Positions 43,487-47,397 of a DNA stretch of 47,397 bases are shown here, in pieces. Source of the DNA: an uncultured Rickettsiales bacterium (GTDB lineage: Bacteria; Pseudomonadota; Alphaproteobacteria; Rickettsiales; SXRF01); contig CAZUKF010000001.1 in NCBI GenBank assembly GCA_964620765.1, positions 1-47,397 of the forward strand. The letters are read 5' to 3'. The notes below the pieces were generated by a model, which ran no database searches, was not told the origin of the DNA, and saw nothing but the letters and a program-made list of their open reading frames with translations. Each line of letters starts with the position of its first letter. The stretch's first letter is position 1. Both the position numbers and the translations under genes were made by a program.

Positions 43487-44499
43487 CAGCGGGTGAGGAA
43501 CTGGCTGCCGTCGCTCACGCGCCCGCGCCAGTAATCCAGCAGATCCTGCATGGTTTTTTCGAAGGTAATCACCGGCTTCCAGCCCGTGTGCTTCTCGAAC
43601 TTGCTGGTATCGGGCACCTGCAAATCGGCATCAATCGGGCGCAGGCGGTCCGGGTCCACCTCCACTTTTATCTCGCCCTTTTTCTTTGAGAGCGAGATGA
43701 GGTGATCCAGCATCGCGCGGATGGTGCAGGTATACTGCCCGCCGATATTGTAATATTCGCCGCCTTGCGGCTTCACCGTCACCAGCACGTGGTAGGCGCG
43801 CACGGCGTCGCGCACATCGGCGAAAGTGCGCAGTGAATCCAAATTCCCCACCTTGATCACCGGCGCAATCTGCCCGGCCTCAATCATGGCGATCTGCTTG
43901 GCGAAGGTGGATTCGGCGAATACGTCGCCGCGCCGCGGCCCGGTGTGAGTGAACATGCGTGTCGTCATCACCTTCATGTCATACGCCTCGGCGTAGAACC
44001 GCCCCACCAGGTCCGTGCCCACCTTGGAAATCGCGTACGGGCTGGCCGGGTGGAACGTGCATTCCTCGTTGATGGGCAGTTTTTCCTTCGGTACACGCCC
44101 GAACACTTCCGAGCTCGCGCAGACATGGATCACCGCGTCTTTCTTGTACTGGCGCAAAGCTTCCAGCACGCGGCTGGTGCCCTGGATGTTGGTTTCATAC
44201 GTATCCAGCGGCGCCGAAAAACTGGTCTTGGGGTAACTCTGCGCGGCGAGGTGAAACACGTAGTCCGGCTGCACGTTACGCACGGCCTCGTTGATCGAAT
44301 CCGAGTCACGCAAGTCACCATACACCAGGTGCACGCGGTCTTTTTTATTGATGCGTGGCAGGTGGTGAGAAATGTTATCGAGCGGGCTGCGCCAGCGGAT
44401 CAGCCCGTGAATCTCCCAATCCGTCTTCTCCAGCAGGTAGTCTGCCAGGTGCGAGCCGACCATGCCGGTAATGCCGGTGATGAATGCGCGTTTTGTCAT
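43486..44499 (-). CDS. gmd: GDP-sugar 4,6-dehydratase (Gmd-like extended SDR)
   Basis: AFITGITGMVGSHLADYLL, and catalytic SPYAISKVGTD. 4-nt overlap with the upstream hddC-like gene. Confidence 0.7.
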   Translation of the reverse strand: MTKRAFITGITGMVGSHLADYLLEKTDWEIHGLIRWRSPLDNISHHLPRINKKDRVHLVYGDLRDSDSINEAVRNVQPDYVFHLAAQSYPKTSFSAPLDTYETNIQGTSRVLEALRQYKKDAVIHVCASSEVFGRVPKEKLPINEECTFHPASPYAISKVGTDLVGRFYAEAYDMKVMTTRMFTHTGPRRGDVFAESTFAKQIAMIEAGQIAPVIKVGNLDSLRTFADVRDAVRAYHVLVTVKPQGGEYYNIGGQYTCTIRAMLDHLISLSKKKGEIKVEVDPDRLRPIDADLQVPDTSKFEKHTGWKPVITFEKTMQDLLDYWRGRVSDGSQFLTR

Positions 44500-45206
44500 G
44501 CCGCCTCAATACGTCCCTTCAGTTCGCGTTGCGCTCTCGCGTAATCCTCCGGCACGCCGATGTCAATGAAATACCCGCCCGTTTCCCATGCATGCGGCTT
44601 GACGCGCGCCAGGTGCGGCCGTTGGAAATCAGACTCGAAGGAGAATGCCACCGACAGGTCAAACCCCTTGAAAATCTCCGGGCTTACCACGTAAACGCCG
44701 GTGCTGATCCAACCCTTGTGTGCCCGCCCGGGGTAGACAAATTCCGTGATGCGGTGGTTGGCATCGAACACCGCCTCGCCGTAACGGCTGCAATCGGGCA
44801 TTTCGCGGAGTGCAATGGTAAGCGTGCTGCCGCTTTTTTCATGCGCGGCCACCATCTCTGCCACGTCGATCTCCACGAAGGAATCCCCGTTACTAACAAA
44901 AACCGGGCCCACAGGCTTCAGCACTGAGAGCGCGAATTTTACCGCGCCGCCCGTGCCGAGCGGCTTTTCTTCCTCGGCATAGGTAATGCTCAAGCCCTCA
45001 AAGCCGCTGCCGAAATAATCGCGGATGGTAGCGCGCAAATGGTGCGTGGAAAGCAACACGGAGGTAATCCCCTGCCCCCTCAGGTAGCGCAGGTAATGCG
45101 CGAGGAACGGTTCGCCGTTGATCGGCGCCATCGGCTTCGGGATCTCTTCCCCGATTGCTCCCTTGAGCCTAGTTCCGAACCCGCCCGCAAGAACAATGGC
45201 CTGCAT
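44496..45206 (-). CDS. hddC: Sugar-1-phosphate nucleotidyltransferase, D-glycero-alpha-D-manno-heptose-1-phosphate guanylyltransferase (HddC)-like
   Basis: [14 protein letters not shown]...PKPMAPING, at the short ~236-aa size typical of HddC. Same operon as gmhA. Confidence 0.7.
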   Translation of the reverse strand: MQAIVLAGGFGTRLKGAIGEEIPKPMAPINGEPFLAHYLRYLRGQGITSVLLSTHHLRATIRDYFGSGFEGLSITYAEEEKPLGTGGAVKFALSVLKPVGPVFVSNGDSFVEIDVAEMVAAHEKSGSTLTIALREMPDCSRYGEAVFDANHRITEFVYPGRAHKGWISTGVYVVSPEIFKGFDLSVAFSFESDFQRPHLARVKPHAWETGGYFIDIGVPEDYARAQRELKGRIEAA

Positions 45207-45877
45207 CAGTGCTTCACTTTCTCTAATTCCTTGCGCGCGGCTTCAAAATCGCGCTGGAAGGCTTCGTTCTGCAGCAGCGCGCCCAGCGTCAGCCGCGCCA
45301 GTGCCCGCCCGCCCTGGATATCCACCGGGTAATGCATGCCGGTGAGCACACGGTGAAAAGCGATATTCTCTGCCTTCGCCCGCAACGTTTCGCGCCGGGC
45401 AGGCATCAGCTGCCCCAGTACTTCCGCCCACACCACGCCGTAATAGGTATGCCCGCTGGGATAAGCAGGGTTGGTGTGCGGAGGGATCAGCGTGCGCACC
45501 TGCTCCGGGGCCGCCTTGTAGGGCCGCCGCGTGTTCCAGAATTTTTTCACCTTGTCATTGATGGCGCGCATATCTTCATGCAGCCGGTCCAGCAGGGTAA
45601 ACAACGCGGGGTTGCGTTCCCGCGTCACCTCCGGCTCCAGCACCTTCGTCAGCAGTTCGGGCTTCATGTGGTATTCCACCTCCGCTGCCTTTATGTCTGC
45701 TGCGGTGGCTTTTTTCTGCAGTTCCACAATCTCCTGCACATCGTGCTGCCATTCCGGGGAATTTTCGTCCCAGGGCTTGTAGAGCATGGAAGGCGGGATC
45801 ACGTCTTCGTCGAGATAATTCCCAGCGCATGCTGGGAAAGCCAGCAGGCACGCGGCGATTACGGCGAGTGTCCTCAC
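45206..45877 (-). CDS. Class A (PAP2 superfamily) acid phosphatase with a signal peptide
   Basis: [19 protein letters not shown] leader. PAP2 motifs [16 protein letters not shown] and [12 protein letters not shown]. Confidence 0.8.
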   Translation of the reverse strand: MRTLAVIAACLLAFPACAGNYLDEDVIPPSMLYKPWDENSPEWQHDVQEIVELQKKATAADIKAAEVEYHMKPELLTKVLEPEVTRERNPALFTLLDRLHEDMRAINDKVKKFWNTRRPYKAAPEQVRTLIPPHTNPAYPSGHTYYGVVWAEVLGQLMPARRETLRAKAENIAFHRVLTGMHYPVDIQGGRALARLTLGALLQNEAFQRDFEAARKELEKVKH

Positions 45878-46482
45878 GCAGTGGCCGATTTGTTATTAAA
45901 CTCCGCCCCGAACAGGCTTTGCTCAATGAGGGCGCAGTAAATATGCCCGAGCATGATATGGCACTCCTGCACTTTCGGCGTTTCGGTGGAGGGCATTTTT
46001 AAAATGATATCGCACAGGCTCGCCATTTTGCCGCCGGTCTTGCCGGTCTTGCCGATGATGGCGATGCCCTTCGCCCGTGCAGCTTCGATGGCCTTAAGCA
46101 CATTAGGTGAATTGCCGGAAGTGGAGATGGCGATCAGCACGTCGCCCTTCTGCCCCACCGCCTCGATCTGCCGGGAGAACACCGTTTCGAACCCGTAATC
46201 ATTGCCGATAGCTGTGAGCGCTGAGGTATCCACCGTCAGCGCAATGGCCGCCAGACCCGGCCGGTTGAAGTTCAGGCGTGACACCAACTCCGCCGCCAGA
46301 TGCTGCGAATCCGCAGCACTACCGCCATTGCCGCAAAAGAGAATCTTGTTGCCGTTTTTCAGCGCTCTTTCGCAGATGTCGGCCACGCGCTCCACGTTGG
46401 CGAGCAGCTCGGCATCGGCCAGCACGGCGTCGATAACTGCGCGGGTTTCCTGAATTTCTTTCACGATCATGCCGCCAACCAT
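45874..46482 (-). CDS. gmhA: Sedoheptulose-7-phosphate isomerase (phosphoheptose isomerase, SIS domain)
   Basis: [21 protein letters not shown]...[25 protein letters not shown]...[15 protein letters not shown]. Confidence 0.9.
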   Translation of the reverse strand: MVGGMIVKEIQETRAVIDAVLADAELLANVERVADICERALKNGNKILFCGNGGSAADSQHLAAELVSRLNFNRPGLAAIALTVDTSALTAIGNDYGFETVFSRQIEAVGQKGDVLIAISTSGNSPNVLKAIEAARAKGIAIIGKTGKTGGKMASLCDIILKMPSTETPKVQECHIMLGHIYCALIEQSLFGAEFNNKSATA

Positions 46483-46484
46483 AG

Positions 46485-47397
46485 TCAGTTCTTTAAAGGT
46501 TTGCCAGTGTTTAGCATGTGTTCAATCCGTGCTTGGGTAGCCGTGGTGCGGATCAGCTCCATGAAGCCTTCATGCTCCAGCTCCAGCAGGTGCTTCTCTG
46601 TAACCGCCCCTTTCGCTTCCCCCGCGCTCAATACATGCGCCAGCACGCGGCCGATAACAAGATCATGCGGACTGGCATTCTCCATTGCCGAGAGCCGGTC
46701 CAGCATCGCCTGCTTGGCCGCCGTACCGCCGGCCTTGGTTTCAGCGGGTTTCAGCGGCTTGAAGCCCTTAGCCATGTTCAAGCAGCGCACCTTGGCTTCC
46801 GCCAGCACCCGCGCCCGGTTCATCACGGTCAGGTCATTCTTGCTTACGATCTTCATCTCGCGCGCTTCGTCGGTCGAACCGGCCGTCCTGGCCGTCGCGA
46901 TCAACTCGAATGCGGGCAGCGCCTCACCGTGCCGCAGCAGCAGCTCCTTGCAGCCGCCCCAGCCGGGAATCAAGCCCACATTCGGCTCCACGAGGCCGGG
47001 ATGCGCTTCCATGTGCGCAACAATCGCCTGCCCGTGCATGGCCAGCTCGCAGCCGCCGCCCAGCGCGAGGCCGGAAAGCGCGGCCACCACCGGGAAGGGC
47101 GCGTATTTCAGGCCCATCATCGCCGCCTGCCCGCGGGTGATGATGTCGGAAACCGCGCTCCACTCTTCCGCCTTCGCGTGTTCTAAAAACACCTTGAGGT
47201 TGGCGCCAACGCAGAACTGCTCCGTATCGTTGCCGATGACCAGACCTTTGAAATTCTGCTTCACCCGGGGAATAACCTGCTCGATGAAAGCAAGGATGTT
47301 GGCGTCAATTGCGTTCATCTTGGAGGTGAATTCCAGGCAGGCAATGCCGTCGCTCAAATCCCACAAACTCGCGGAAGCGTGGAAAGCCACGGGCTGC
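46485..47397 (-). CDS. Enoyl-CoA hydratase (crotonase) C-terminal part of a multifunctional fatty-acid oxidation protein (FadN/FadB type); the 5' end lies outside the window
   Basis: FCVGANL...[18 protein letters not shown] (oxyanion hole and catalytic region). The frame stays open to the window edge, and the first in-frame start shown is only a GTG at 47388-47390. Confidence 0.8.
   Translation of the reverse strand, partial: QPVAFHASASLWDLSDGIACLEFTSKMNAIDANILAFIEQVIPRVKQNFKGLVIGNDTEQFCVGANLKVFLEHAKAEEWSAVSDIITRGQAAMMGLKYAPFPVVAALSGLALGGGCELAMHGQAIVAHMEAHPGLVEPNVGLIPGWGGCKELLLRHGEALPAFELIATARTAGSTDEAREMKIVSKNDLTVMNRARVLAEAKVRCLNMAKGFKPLKPAETKAGGTAAKQAMLDRLSAMENASPHDLVIGRVLAHVLSAGEAKGAVTEKHLLELEHEGFMELIRTTATQARIEHMLNTGKPLKN

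Noticed and set aside
1-47397. CRISPR arrays, tRNA/rRNA genes, or long direct or tandem DNA repeats
   Set aside because: None were noticed on reading the sequence. The intergenic space is minimal, and the few non-coding gaps contain only short hairpins.

Overview
High-GC (~60% or more by eye) bacterial chromosomal window of about 50 tightly packed genes. I recognised no rRNA, tRNA, CRISPR array, transposase or integrase.

Left edge:
- 1-335 is the 3' part of greA, carrying an in-frame TAA.
- 456-2580 is a visibly low-GC toxin/immunity-type cassette. It holds a phage MuF (Mu gpF / SPP1 gp7) domain protein with a Pro-rich linker and a small unassigned C-terminal toxin-like domain, an internally duplicated candidate immunity gene, and one unknown upstream ORF.

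Centre (about 2.6-46.5 kb) is one very large, strand-mosaic surface-glycan locus of O-antigen/capsule type:
- Export uses a Wzm/Wzt ABC-2 transporter; no Wzx, Wzy or WaaL is seen.
- GDP-heptose genes are split between the two ends of the locus: an hddA-like kinase on the left, gmhA and hddC on the right.
- Deoxy-sugar genes: a Gmd-like 4,6-dehydratase, a ColD-type PLP 3-dehydratase and Fcl-like reductases.
- An ArnA split into separate decarboxylase and formyltransferase genes, plus two DegT aminotransferases.
- A stand-alone ThDP E1 alpha/beta pair.
- Two paralogous Rieske-linked oxygenase systems, one fused and one split.
- Four PhyH-like Fe(II)/2OG dioxygenases and an MBL-fold protein.
- Five SAM methyltransferases.
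- GNAT, FemAB-like and acyltransferase-3 enzymes, and a sulfotransferase-like protein.
- Only a handful of glycosyltransferases: three GT2, one TPR-GT41 and some unknowns.

Right edge: the C-terminal crotonase part of a FadN/FadB-type fatty-acid oxidation protein.

The two things most worth following up are the orphan MuF-toxin module and the oxygenase- and methyltransferase-heavy glycan tailoring machinery. All functional calls rest on motifs read by eye from the ORF translations; no database search was possible.
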